A DNA stretch of 61,195 nt. It comes from Rhina ancylostomus. Lineage: Eukaryota. The notes beneath the pieces are model-generated. The model made no database searches and was not told the DNA's origin. It was given only the letters and a program-made list of their open reading frames with translations. The DNA lies in assembly GCA_030265395.1 (NCBI GenBank), contig JARFYF010000063.1, positions 104,493,517 through 104,554,711 of the forward strand, read 5' to 3'. Shown in pieces: positions 1 through 11,696 of this stretch. Both the position numbers and the translations under genes were made by a program. The first letter of the stretch is position 1. Every line of letters begins with the position of its first letter.

Positions 1-335
1 CACTTGTTAAATGTTGTCAGTGACTCTGCTTCCACAACTCTCTCAGGCACTGTGTTCCAGGTACTTGCCACTTTCTGGTGTAAAAGGTTCCCCTAAAATC
101 ACCTAAATCTCTTACCTCTTGCCCTAAAGCTATGTCCTTTAGTTTTATCTACCTCTGACATGGGGAAAAGTTTCCTACAGTCTATCCAATCTGTGCCCTT
201 TCTAATTTAATATACCTCAATCATGACTCCTCTTAACCTCCTCTGCTCCAGGGAAAACAGATGTAGCCTATCCAGTAACTTCTCATAACAGAAACGATCC
301 ATCCCATGCAATATCATAGTGAAGCTCCTCTGCAT
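1..335 (-). mobile_element. CR1 LINE 3' fragment
   Basis: Reverse complement reads as a CR1 ORF2 C-terminus/3' region; closely parallels 41200-41560 in this window. Confidence 0.8.
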
Positions 336-1924
336 CCTTTCCAGCACTATCACATCCTTAATCTAAAAATTGTTTCTCTTATTGCTGCGTTCATTATGCT
401 GAAGGTTATCACAGCTGGCATAATGGAATATTTTCTATTTCATGCATTCGCAGCCAAATGTGCTTTGGCCAGCATATTAAACTCCATTCCTGATCTAAAA
501 GTGAGCCTCAACCCCAACTTCAGGGAAGAATCAATGAGGTTTTGTTTTTGCAAACAGTCATCCTCGACCTTTCTGAGGAAGATTATGAATTAATGTTCTC
601 ACAAGGTACTGCTTTAAACTGCTATTTTTACACTGCAATCCACTGGTTATTAGAGTTGAGAGATTGGTCCCACTAAACTCATGTTTGCTTCTTGGGTAAA
701 ACAGCAAGTTTAAACTTGCTACAGCAATCAGTCCCAACTACTGAAGTGCCTGTTAAAAAGTATTTTAAGTCTTTAAAATCTACGTCATGTTGTGCAGAGT
801 AAGAAGCAAATGTATGTACCAGAAAATGAAGATCCAATATTCCAAAAGAGTGGTGGTCCTAGAAATCTCCAGCTAAGATCGGAGCTACCGGCCATGGCTT
901 CAACTCTGGAATCTAGGAGCTTTTCACTGGAATCGTCANNNNNNNNNNNNNNNNNNNNNNNNNNNNNNNNNNNNNNNNNNNNNNNNNNNNNNNNNNNNNN
1001 NNNNNNNNNNNNNNNNNNNNNNNNNNNNNNNNNNNNNNNNNNNNNNNNNNNNNNNNNNNNNTACAGAAGCAGTTACTGGATCTTCAGTCAAGTATGACAA
1101 TATATGGATTAATATAGTGGCATGTTATGATATAATGGAAATTAATATTTTAATTTGTTTTACTTGAAAATAGGCAAATCTTATTAGCAACACAAGAAAA
1201 AATTCTCATAAAGTTCATCATTACATCATCAGGTGTTCCTTCTTGACATCACTCATGTGTGGCAGTATATGTGACAACTTCTAGATCATCTAAAAACCCT
1301 TTATTTCACTGGCTGTTGATTTCAGAAATGTAATTGTTTAAACACATGACTCGGGTAACCTGGCATCTCTGTTTCAGAGCCAGCACCACTAATTACCCTA
1401 TCAATGACCCATAGACAGCAACAATTTCAGGAGGGGAGTACATGTTAATAGTCTCTACTTCAAAATTGTGACTGACCAATGTGCGATTTTACATAGGCAC
1501 GCCTGCCAATGAAATTTTCATTTATCTAACAAGTCACATTCAATTTACAAGTTCACTGTAATTAGTTTCACAAGTCTTAATACTTGTAACTAAGTTTGTT
1601 AAGGCTGATTAACCAAATCAATTTACTTTTTGATTTCACAGCCATGGAAAACAGACAGAAATTCAGAGGTTACCAAATTGAATTCACAAATGGAATGCAG
1701 AGATTGAAAGTGGATCATCAGTTTATTCTATCTATTATCTTTTACTTTATGGTTTGGTAGCTTGATATTTATAATGCAAAACACCTTGCGCCTAGAAATT
1801 ACAAATGTTTATGCATATGCTTGATATGCGGCTTGTATGTTAGAAAAGACTAACAGTGCGCTGCCATTGCGATGCAGCAGTTAATCTATTCCCTCATAGC
1901 TCCCAGGGACCAGGTGCTGTCACT

Positions 1925-2933
1925 AGGTATAAGGAACAACACCTCATAGTCTGCCTGGGCTGTCTCCAACCTGATGGCATGAACATCGCATTCTCAAACT
2001 TCCGGTAACTGCTCCCCTCTTGCCTTTCCCCCCTTTTTTCTCGCTCCTCATGATCCAACTGGCCCCTATCACCCTATCTCTTTCTCTCCCCCCCCCACAC
2101 TCTCCATCTGCCCATCACCCACACACTCCTCCCACTGGTTCTCCTCCCTNNNNNNNNNNNNNNNNNNNNNNNNNNNNNNNNNNNNNNNNNNNNNNNNNNN
2201 NNNNNNNNNNNNNNNNNNNNNNNNNNNNNNNNNNNNNNNNNNNNNNNNNNNNNNNNNNNNNNNNNNNNNNNNNNNNNNNNNNNNNNNNNNNNNNNNNNNN
2301 NNNNNNNNNNNNNNNNNNNNNNNNNNNNNNNNNNNNNNNNNNNNNNNNNNNNNNNNNNNNNNNNNNNNNNNNNNNNNNNNNNNNNNNNNNNNNNNNNNNN
2401 NNNNNNNNNNNNNNNNNNNNNNNNNNNNNNNNNNNNNNNNNNNNNNNNNNNNNNNNNNNNNNNNNNNNNNNNNNNNNNNNNNNNNNNNNNNNNNNNNNNN
2501 NNNNNNNNNNNNNNNNNNNNNNNNNNNNNNNNNNNNNNNNNNNNNNNNNNNNNNNNNNNNNNNNNNNNNNNNNNTGACAATGGCTAATGCGAGGTGACAT
2601 CATTTTAAGGTGATTGGAGGAAGATATAAGGTCGATGTCAGGGGTAAATTTTTGTTTACACAGAGAGTGGTGGGTGCGTGGAATGCACTCCCGGCAGAGG
2701 TTGTGGGGGCAGATACATTAAGGACATTTAAGAGACTCTTAGATAGCCACGTGAATGATAGAGAAATGGAGGGCTATGTGAGAGGGAAGGGTTAGCTAGA
2801 TCTTAGAGCAGGATAAAATGTCAGCACAACATTGAGGACCGAAGGGCTCCTGTACTGTGCTGTTATGTTCTATGTTCCTCCAACACCTTTGTGTGTTGTT
2901 CCAGATTTCCATTATCTGCAGTGTCTTGTGTCT
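1925..2933 (+). mobile_element. Penelope-like element 3' end (GIY-YIG C-terminus plus pLTR), interrupted by a gap and a CR1
   Basis: 1931-2008 translates EQHLIVCLGCLQPDGMNIAFSNFR*, a typical PLE endonuclease tail, followed by pyrimidine-rich pLTR; 2878-2933 is the pLTR end (ccagatttcc...tctgcagtgtcttgtgtct). Confidence 0.75.
2575..2877 (+). mobile_element. CR1 LINE 3' end (young subfamily)
   Basis: ORF 2610-2795 FTQRVVGAWNALPAEVV..TFKRLLD is the CR1 ORF2 end; tail atgttctatgttc; highly similar to 31295-31590. Confidence 0.9.
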
Positions 2934-4714
2934 TGGGTGCTGTCTGTAAGCTTTGCATTTGTCCTTGTGACTGGATGCTTTGGTTTTCCCTCACCTCCTG
3001 AGGTCAGAAAGTGGCAGAAAAAAATCAGAGGGGAGTTGATGGGCATGTAAGAAAGAATAAAGTAGCAGGGCCATCAGGAAATACGGTGAGGGAGACTGGG
3101 ACTGATGGGATTGCTCCCTGAGGAACAGGCATGAACACAATGAGTCGACTGGCTACCTCCTATTTTGCATTAAAGACGTAAACAATCACTCCAGGTCAAT
3201 TTGTGACCTTTGGGGAAACTGGCCCGGGCACTTTAGTGGTCTGACATTTGGCCANNNNNNNNNNNNNNNNNNNNNNNNNNNNNNNNNNNNNNNNNNNNNN
3301 NNNNNNNNNNNNNNNNNNNNNNNNNNNNNNNNNNNNNNNNNNNNNNNNNNNNNNNNNNNNNNNNNNNNNNNNNNNNNNNNNNNNNNNNNNNNNNNNNNNN
3401 NNNNNNNNNNNNNNNNNNNNNCCACTGGGACGTAAATGTTTTGCCCACAACCTCTCCTAGATAGATTTTTCTTTGCTTCCACAAGTATAACTGACACGTA
3501 GCACAGCATTGCTATATTATGTGCCTCTGAACCAGATGCTGCACTCACTGGGACTTGGGTGAGCCTGTTCTTTGCGGTGGTTTGGGACAACTTACACTGG
3601 GTGATCAGGCCAGCCCATCAAATGTGGGGATGTCCACATTGGAGACCACTGTGTCCCCTAACTGTCCCCCTTTCTCTTCATTCCACAGCAGTCTTTATCT
3701 TGCTGTATCATGGCTCTTTAAGGCTGGAATTGCTTTGCAGTAGTAAGTGTGGCTTTGAAACAATAACTGTGTCTCCTGCAGGCAATTGCTGTTAGAAAAT
3801 ACCCGAGTAACATTCCTACACTTGACTCAAGCTGAAAACTGCACTAGCAAATTTTTTTACTGCCTTTTATACATTTCCTTTTTAAAAAATTTTTGTTGCA
3901 GTCATTGTATTGGGTATCAAGGCCACCCCCAACACTTGTTTAGCACACACAAAAAAATAGAGTGAGCAATGATTTTTACACAATAATCTGCTGTGAACAT
4001 TCTTTGGGAAGCTGACGGACTATCGTGATTTCTGGGACTTGGTCAGTTCTTAGGAATTCCCCAGCAGTAAGGTTTCCATACACTTACAATGTTTGAATAC
4101 AATGGTGTTAAGGGAAATACCAGAATTTTATAAACTGTCATATTTTTCCAACTCCCCATGAGTTTGCTAATAGAACAGGTAAACTGGAAGGATGATAAGA
4201 TTGCAGAGTGGATTTCCATGCCTGCAGGATCCAAATTTAATCTCAACCAGATTTAATGAGTTAAAGTTTTTTAGTGAAGAACCTCCACTGCTGATTTGAA
4301 TTGGAAACGTATTTCTAGAACTGGCATTCAATGAAAATTTCTTTACCAACACTTTGCACCTTGAAGACTAAAATAATGATAATAATAATAATGATCTGTG
4401 GAAATTGGAGAAGGATTTTTTTCTATGATTCATTCTGTTAACAGCATTGCTACACATATAGAAACTGGAAGGAAATCTCCATAACCTATATCAATCAATT
4501 CCCCACAGAACTGAAATAACTGAAAGCTGGTCTCGTTATAGAATAATACTGGAACATAGAATTTACTTGGGCAATTTTTTGATGGACCAAAGTGCGTTTC
4601 CTTAGCTTGAAGAATTGCTGCTTTATAGGTAAAGATGGCCATACTCAATTTGTGTTATCTCACAAACTCTCAATTGCCCTGAGCTCCATGAATAACGCAA
4701 CTGTTTCTTCCCAT

Positions 4715-4850
4715 TATTGGTTGAGGGTAGAATGTTGATGAAGGCATAGAGAGAACCCTCTGCAATCAGTAAATTGTGCTGTAAGACATTTAAAGTCTAC
4801 CTGAACTGCTGGAATAGGCAGATCTACTTTTGCTTTGCAGCCAAACTATA
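4715..4850 (-). mobile_element. Deu-domain SINE fragment (SacSINE1-like)
   Basis: ttggttgagggtagaatgttg...gagaaccctctgc...tctacctgaac resembles the 14.7-15.0 kb copy; degraded. Confidence 0.4.
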
Positions 4851-5364
4851 GGTATCAGGGCAGAAATTGGTCTGCAGGGCCATTGTCTGAGAAAAGCTTC
4901 AAGCACTTTAACTCAGTAAATTTAGCTCACTTGCCTGGTGTGAATGGAGCAGACGTTGAACTTGCCCCATTCGGGATTGTTCAGCTCTCACAACAACAAT
5001 GAGAGGTCGGTAAGAATTTTAAAAAAGAATGAAGTACATGCAGAGGCATTATAGGCATCACATCCTCCTCAGGCTCCTTCAAGCATAAGGTACTGACATG
5101 AAACCTGCTGCTGGTGATGGAGATGGCCTGAGTGTCTTTGCTGAGGCAGAGTGTCTGCTGAAACAACTTCCATTGATTCCCTGGTTTTCATAGTCGGCTG
5201 TATCTTGTTTCACTGTTCTGAGTTGAGGCCCAAAAGGAGGCTTAAACCAACAATCCATCCTGGTGTGTAAATCTCCACCTGACTTCTGAGAGATCAGTGT
5301 GTGCCTTCCTGGAGTACGTAATTTAATGCAGCGTTGGTTTGATAGAATAGCAAGCCTAAATCCG

Positions 5365-5835
5365 ATGCATTCTCAAATCTGATTTAAGAGCTGCCAGCAA
5401 TCCATTTAAATGCTTAGGCAGTGCAGACGCTGCCTTTTGCATTGTTTAAACATTTAATATTCAATTACTGCAAGAGGAGCACTCTGCATCTGTGCAAGCA
5501 GGTACGTGTACAGCTGTGTCCTGAGCAATAGTATCAGAGTTCCAGGCAGCATCAACACTAGATACTTATGAGGTCTGGCATAGAAAGAGATTATCAGGCG
5601 AGGAGAGAAAAAGATGTTGCATTTGTTTAAGGAAGCTTTGAATTTATTGCTGCCTGGAACTCTGACACTATTGCTCAGGACACAGCTACACACATAACTG
5701 CTTGCATAGATGCAGAGTGTTCCTCTTGCAGAAATTGAATATTAAATGTTCAACTGGTGCAGAAGGCAGTATCTTCACTGCCTTGAACATTTAAATGTAT
5801 TGCTGTCAGTTCTTTAATCCGATTTGAGAATGCAT
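5365..5835. repeat. Long imperfect inverted repeat (arms 5365-5551 and 5648-5835, 96-nt spacer)
   Basis: Arms aligned by eye as reverse complements at roughly 85-90% identity, e.g. gctgtgtcctgagcaatagt / actattgctcaggacacagc. Confidence 0.95.
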
Positions 5836-5836
5836 T

Positions 5837-6150
5837 CTTCAAGGATGAATTCAAAGCTGCCCTGAAGAAATGCAACATCTTCACCAATTCCTGGGAATCC
5901 CTGCCTCGTGACAGCTCAGAGAGGAGGAACATTCTGGACGGTATTGGGAACCATGAGTCCATGCATTGGGAGCGCACAGAAAGAAGCAGATGGAGAGAAC
6001 CACCTCACAAACCACACACCCACCTACCCCATCTCCCCAGTCACCTCCTGCCCCATCTGTGGTCCCCACATGGGCCTGATCAGTCACCTCAGAATCCATT
6101 AAGCAGGAATCGAAGCAAATTATCCAGGAGGCCAAGGAACTGCCTAAGGC
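5837..6150 (+). mobile_element. RTE LINE 3' end
   Basis: FKDEFKAALKKCNIFTNSWESLPRDSSE followed by C-terminal zinc knuckle CPICGPHMGLISHLRIH; homologous to 52100-52400. Confidence 0.85.
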
Positions 6151-6289
6151 AAAGCAGGAGACCATCAGCCTAATATCAATTCCAACTCTGCAATGGTGCA
6201 ACATTCCTCATTATCTCAGCCCAGATTATGTATTATCTGTATTTTGATTTCAAAAAATTCAAAAACCTCAAAGAAGCAACTTAGAACTT

Positions 6290-6470
6290 GCTTGGAATGA
6301 GCTGCCAGAGGAGGGAGTAGAGACAGGAACAGTAACAATTTTTAAGAGGCCTCTTGACAGATACTTGAATGAACAGGGCATAGAGTGATATGGACTAATA
6401 TAGATAGGCATGATGTTCAGCATAGACATGGTGGGCCGAAGGGCCTGTTTCTATACTGTACAACTCTGAT
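6290..6470 (+). mobile_element. CR1 3' end
   Basis: tggaatgagctgccagagg...tttaagagg..ttgacag...gggccgaagggcctgtt. Confidence 0.85.
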
Positions 6471-6659
6471 TATCAGTATTTATTCAATTTTTGCTTCTAC
6501 TCTCCAGTATTTAAACTGCCCATTCAGAAACAACTTATTTCTGGCAGAAAGAAAAATGATCAACAGGTCCAACGAAGCTAACAATCCACAAAAATTTGAC
6601 ATCTCAAAAACAGCGCTGAATATAGGCTCAATAAAGCTACTACAATATACACTGAGTAC

Positions 6660-7025
6660 ACAAAGTATGTGCAGCAGGAGGTTGTGGGTATGTCAACACN
6701 NNNNNNNNNNNNNNNNNNNNNNNNNNNNNNNNNNNNNNNNNNNNNNNNNNNNNNNNNNNNNNNNNNNNNNNNNNNNNNNNNNNNNNNNNNNNNNNNNNNN
6801 NNNNNNNNNNNNNNNNNNNNNNNNNNNNNNNNTCTGCATGGGTTTCCTCTGGGTGCTCTGGTTTCCTCCCACATTCCAAAGACGTACAAGTTAGGAAGTT
6901 GTGGGCATGCTATGTTGGCGTCGGAAGTGTGGCAACACTTGTGGGCTGTCCCCAGAACACATGATACAAAAAATGCATTTCACTGTGTTTCGATGCCCAG
7001 GTGACTAATAAAGCTATCTTATCTC
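6660..7025 (+). mobile_element. V-SINE (contains a gap)
   Basis: V-domain gggtttcctctgggtgctctggtttcctcccacattccaaagacg; tail aataaagctatcttatct; same family as 34025-34320 and 37030-37322. Confidence 0.85.
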
Positions 7026-7402
7026 TTATTTCTTGCAGGTAGATTGTGATTTTGATGGATGATTGATTACCCTACCTGTAAAAAGTGGTAGAAAAGGTTC
7101 TGTGGTAATACAGCAGAGAACACTTTATTGGATAAAGCTCTACCTTATGAGGAAAAATGAGCAGAATAGGACTCTTGATAAGAGCTGGCACTGGCACGAT
7201 GGGCTGAATGACCTCCTGTGCCGTGATTCTATCAGCTCGCACAGGCCCAGCTTTAAGTAAACCATTTCATGGTGCACTTCTCTCCCAGGTCACACTAGTG
7301 TTCTAATTTCTTCCCTGCAGTAGGTGCTCCTACATAGAAACATGAGGAACAGAAATGAGAGTAGGTCAATCAGCCCATCTCACCTACTCCACCATTCAAT
7401 AA

Positions 7403-8318
7403 CTTGAGTATTGTATTCATTTCTGGCCACCTAGCCATTAAGCTGGAAAGGGTGCAGAAAAGTTTCACAGGAGTGTTGCCAGGACTGGGTGGCCCGAGAT
7501 ATAAAGAGAGACTGGATAGGCTGGGACTGTTTTCCCTGGACCATAGGAGGCTGAGAGGTTTATAAAATCATGAAGGGCATGGACCAGGTTCATGGTCACA
7601 GTCTTTTTCCCAGGGTAGGGGAGCCTAAAACTAGAGGGCACAGGTTGAAGGTGAGAGGGGAATGATTTAAAGGAGAGGCAAGTTTTTCCATACAGACGGC
7701 GGTGGGTATATGCCAGAGGAAGTGATATAGGTGGGTTGAATTACAATGTTTAAAAGACATGTGGACAGGTACATGGANNNNNNNNNNNNNNNNNNNNNNN
7801 NNNNNNNNNNNNNNNNNNNNNNNNNNNNNNNNNNNNNNNNNNNNNNNNNNNNNNNNNNNNNNNNNNNNNNNNNNNNNNNNNNNNNNNNNNNNNNNNNNNN
7901 NNNNNNNNNNNNNNNNNNNNNNNNNNNNNNNNNNNNNNNNNNNNNNNNNNNNNNNNNNNNNNNNNNNNNNNNNNNNNNNNNNNNNNNNNNNNNNNNNNNN
8001 NNNNNNNNNNNNNNNNNNNNNNNNNNNNNNNNNNNNNNNNNNNNNNNNNNNNNNNNNNNNNNNNNNNNNNNNNNNNNNNNNNNNNNNNNNNNNNNNNNNN
8101 NNNNNNNNNNNNNNNNNNNNNNNNNNNNNNNNNNNNNNNNNNNNNNNNNNNNNNNNNNNNNNNNNNNNNNNNNNNNNNNNNNNNNNNNNNNNNNNNNNNN
8201 NNNNNNNNNNNNNNNNNNNNNNCAAATGCAGGCAAATGGGACTAGCTCAGGTAGGCACGTTGGTCAGCATGGACAAGTTGGGATGAAGGACCTGCTTCCA
8301 TGCTCTGTGACTCTATTC
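7403..8318 (+). mobile_element. CR1 3' fragment (gap inside)
   Basis: LEYC..FW / LERVQK.FT..LPGL / LGLFSL motifs and CR1 3'UTR. Confidence 0.85.
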
Positions 8319-8349
8319 AGGGCTGATCGTCTACCTCAGCACCACTTCC

Positions 8350-8490
8350 AAGTACTGGAAACACTCAGCAGATCAGGCAGCATCTGTAGAAAGAGAAACA
8401 GTTATTATTACAGGTTAAAGATTCTTTGTCCATTCTGATTCTGTGTTTCCAGCATATTCTGTTTTTATGTCCACCATTTGCAGTTTTATT
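8350..8490. mobile_element. Penelope pLTR-derived head-to-head hairpin remnant
   Basis: ctggaaacactcagcagatcaggcagcatctg...gtgtttccagcatattctgttttt. Confidence 0.6.
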
Positions 8491-8631
8491 TGCATGGTCT
8501 TCTAACGTGGCTTAGCAGGGTCATTCATTGGTATCAAATGGTTATTAAAGAATTTCTCATAGCATAATATAGGACCAACCTTTCTACCTGATGCAGCAGT
8601 TTCAAAAAGGTCCAATACCACCTCCTCACAA

Positions 8632-9430
8632 CAGAATCAGATTTATTTTCACTGACATGTGACGTGAAATTTATTGTTTTGTGGCAGCAGTACAGTGCAA
8701 AGACAAAAATCTATAGATTACAAAAATAAGTGAGTAGTGCAAAAAAAAAGGAATAATGGGGTTCATGGCTTCATGGATGGTTCAAAAATCTGATGGCGGA
8801 GGGGAAGCAGCTGTTCCTGAATCATTGTGGGTTTTCAGGCTCCTGTACGTCTTCCCCGATGGTAGTAACGTGAAGAGGGTATGTCCTGGATGGTGAGGGT
8901 CCTTAATGATGGGTGCTGCCTTCTTGAGGCACTGTCTCTTGAAGGTGTTCTCGATGTTGGGGGGGAGGAGGGGTTGTGCTCGTGATGGAGCTGGCTGAGT
9001 CTACAACCCTCTGCAGCCTCCTGCAATCCTGTGCATCAGAGCCTCCATACCAGGTGGTGAATCTATAGATATATACATCTATATAAATTTGCAAGTCTTT
9101 AGTGATGTGCCAAATCTCCTCAAACTCTGAACAAAGTAGAGCTGCTGGCGTGCCTTCTTCGTGATTGCATCAGTGTGTTGGGCCCAGGATAGATCCTCTG
9201 AGATGTTGATGCCCAAGAACTTGAAGCTGCTCACCCTTGCCACCACTGACCCTTCAATGAGGACTGGTGTGTGTTCTCCCGACTTCCCCTTCCAGAAGTC
9301 CACAAGTCAGTTCCTTGGTCTTACTGACGTTGAGTGCGAGGTTGTTGTTGTGACACCACTCAACCAGATGATCAACTCACTCCTGTATGCCCCCTCATCG
9401 CCATCTGAGATTCTACCAACAACAGTGGTA
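8632..9430 (-). mobile_element. Rex-Babar LINE 3' fragment
   Basis: Minus-strand translation VSSFKFLGINISEDLSWAQHTDAITKKARQQLYF and TTWYG..SDAQDCRRLQRVV; (ctgatt)-type tail. Confidence 0.85.
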
Positions 9431-10544
9431 CTTAATAACATATATTAACTTATATTAGGTAGCTTTTATATTATGTTCACACCCTAGGAATGAATTAAAA
9501 TAAAATATATATTTTATATAAACATTTTCTTATTGGACAATCCAATTTCCTCTTATGACTTTCCATCAAGTTGAATGAATTGTAATAATTATAAATAAAA
9601 TCTATGTTACTGAAAACTGTGTAGCAATTGGAAAGAACTCCAAGTCGTGCTTGCCATGTGGCGTGAGGTTGCCTTGTGTAAGTATAGAGTTTCATCCAGC
9701 ATATCCCATTGCTTGTTGTTAGGGGTTACACATGGAGCTGGTTGCTGCAAGACTCAGTGTCNNNNNNNNNNAACAAAACCTGCACCAAATGTTTGCCAAT
9801 TTCAGTGCCAGATGGTCATGGTTGATAATGAAAATACTCTACTGCAGCATCAGGATGACCCTTTCTCCTTTATATTTAGGGTTTAATATCGAGATAATAA
9901 AGAAAACACTTGGCGCCACTTAGTCAGGCAGCTTAGCACTTGACTTAAAATTTCTAACCAATGAAACGTTAACTTTTTGTTTGCCATCAATTTCACCTTA
10001 ATGAGTACCAAAGCCTGGTTTAACCCAGAAGTTGAAGGAGAAATTATCCAACGTGACAAGCAGGGTATTTGTCAGTGTTGAAGAGTATTTCATTCCTGTG
10101 GCAAATTGCACCCTAACCTTGAGCTAAACGTTTGATTATCCTTCACCTCTGAGAATATAGCCCAGGAAATATTGATGTTTAATCTATATTACCGCTTCTT
10201 TCTTCTCTTACCCCATTTAGTAGCCCATTTAGTGTACATTCAGAGTGGAATGCAAAAGTCGCTGATTTATGCTCTGGGGGAAAGGATCATTATGCTTTAA
10301 TGAGAAGACCAGTAAAGAGATTTTATTCAAAAGAACTGCTGTTGGAGGTGACGCAGCTTTACTGTATAACTCGGATTTTCCTGATATGCAAAATTATTTG
10401 CTTCCTCAGTGATTCTATTTTCATGTGCTAGCTGACACCACCATGTTTTTAACTAATTAAAACATAGATCATTCTGGAAAGTGAAATTGAAAATAATTGG
10501 TTATTGAAAATGACAAACCAAATATGAAACGTTTCTCATTTTTT

Positions 10545-10770
10545 TAGAGGTTCATTCCAGTGTGTGGTGAATCTCCGGAATTCACTACCCAAGAAAGTGA
10601 TGGCAGTTCAGTCTTGTGAGTATATTCAAGACAGGAGGTTGAAAGATTTTTAGATATTAAGGGAGGCAAGGAATATGGTGGAGGAAAGTGCCACTGAGAT
10701 AAAGTTTCAGCCATGATCTTATTGATTGGCAGAGAAGGCACAAGGATGTGAATGGCCTGCTGCTTCTATA
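10545..10770 (+). mobile_element. CR1 3' end (old)
   Basis: gtggtgaatctccggaattcactaccc...ttcaagacaggaggttga...gaatggcctgctgcttct. Confidence 0.75.
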
Positions 10771-11208
10771 CTGCAGAAACAAGGAGAAACAGTAAATTGG
10801 ATCAGAGTATGGAAAACATGTTACAAGGTTAACTTTAAAGCCATCAAATCTAAATAGATGCTGCATCTACAGTAATGTGGATGAATTAACAACACAAATA
10901 ATAGTAAATGGAAATGATCTAATTACCTTTACAGAAAAGACCAGCCATGGATTACAGAAGAGTTAAGGACAGTAGTGAATGTAAGGAAAAGTTTTTAAAT
11001 GTCTGCAAGTGAGGAAATAAAATAAATGAGTATTAGTAAAGAAATACTACAAAAAGATTCTGAAAACTGATAAATCCCAAGGACTTAATGATCTACATCA
11101 CAGTTTTGAAAAAGGTGGCTATAGAAATAATTAATGCTCTGGTTACCATCTTCCAATGTGGAATGGTTCCTGCAGATTGGAGATTAGCAAATTGAACTCC
11201 TCTATTTG

Positions 11209-11227
11209 AGAGAGAGAGAGAGAGAGA
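11209..11227. repeat. (GA)n microsatellite
   Basis: Direct reading. Confidence 0.9.
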
Positions 11228-11479
11228 AAAACCAGGGAACTAGCAACTTATTGGTCAGACATTGGTAGTTGCCAAAATGTTGGAAACTATAATAAAGAGT
11301 GCAAAGTAAAGACATTTAAAGTCAACTTTGAATTATGAAAGGGAAACCAGGTTCAACTTATCTATCAGAGTTCTTTGAGAATGTATCTATCAGAGAATGA
11401 GGGGATGCCATTGACTGTGATGTACTTAGATTTTCAGAAGGCTTTCTATAACCGCTCATACAGCAGGTTGGTGAATAAA

Positions 11480-11696
11480 GTGCAAAAACAACAAGATGCT
11501 GGCAGAACTCAGCAGGCCAGGCAGCATCAATGGAGAAAAACAGATGGGCAACGTTTTGGATCAGGACCCTTCAGGAACCCTTTTCCTGATCTGAAACGCT
11601 GACCGTCTGTTTTTGTCCACGGATGCTATCTGGCCTGCTGAGTTTCTCCAGCATCTAGTTGTTTTTTCATCTAGATTCTGCAGTCCTTTGCTTCTC
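11480..11696. mobile_element. Penelope pLTR-derived palindromic insertion with 8-bp TSD
   Basis: Inverted arms gatgctggcagaactcagcaggccag / ctggcctgctgagtttctccagcatc; tgaataaa at 11472-11479 and 11697-11704. Confidence 0.8.

Larger units (their letters stand above)
1856..3165 (+). mobile_element. Old tRNA-derived V-SINE-like element split by nested insertions (head 1856-1921, body 2936-3165)
   Basis: Head gcgatgcagcagtt...cctcatagctcccagggacc; body gggtgctgtctgt..tttgca...ggttttccctcac is V-domain-like; ggtgctgtc is duplicated at 1913-1921 and 2936-2944. Confidence 0.55.

Noticed and set aside
792-8438. Long ORFs containing X runs (also at 23247-23885, 28808-29221 and others)
   Set aside because: Length arises from reading through N gaps.
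10001-10082. Short ORF MSTKAWFNPEVEGEIIQRDKQGICQC
   Set aside because: No promoter or splice support and no recognised homology.
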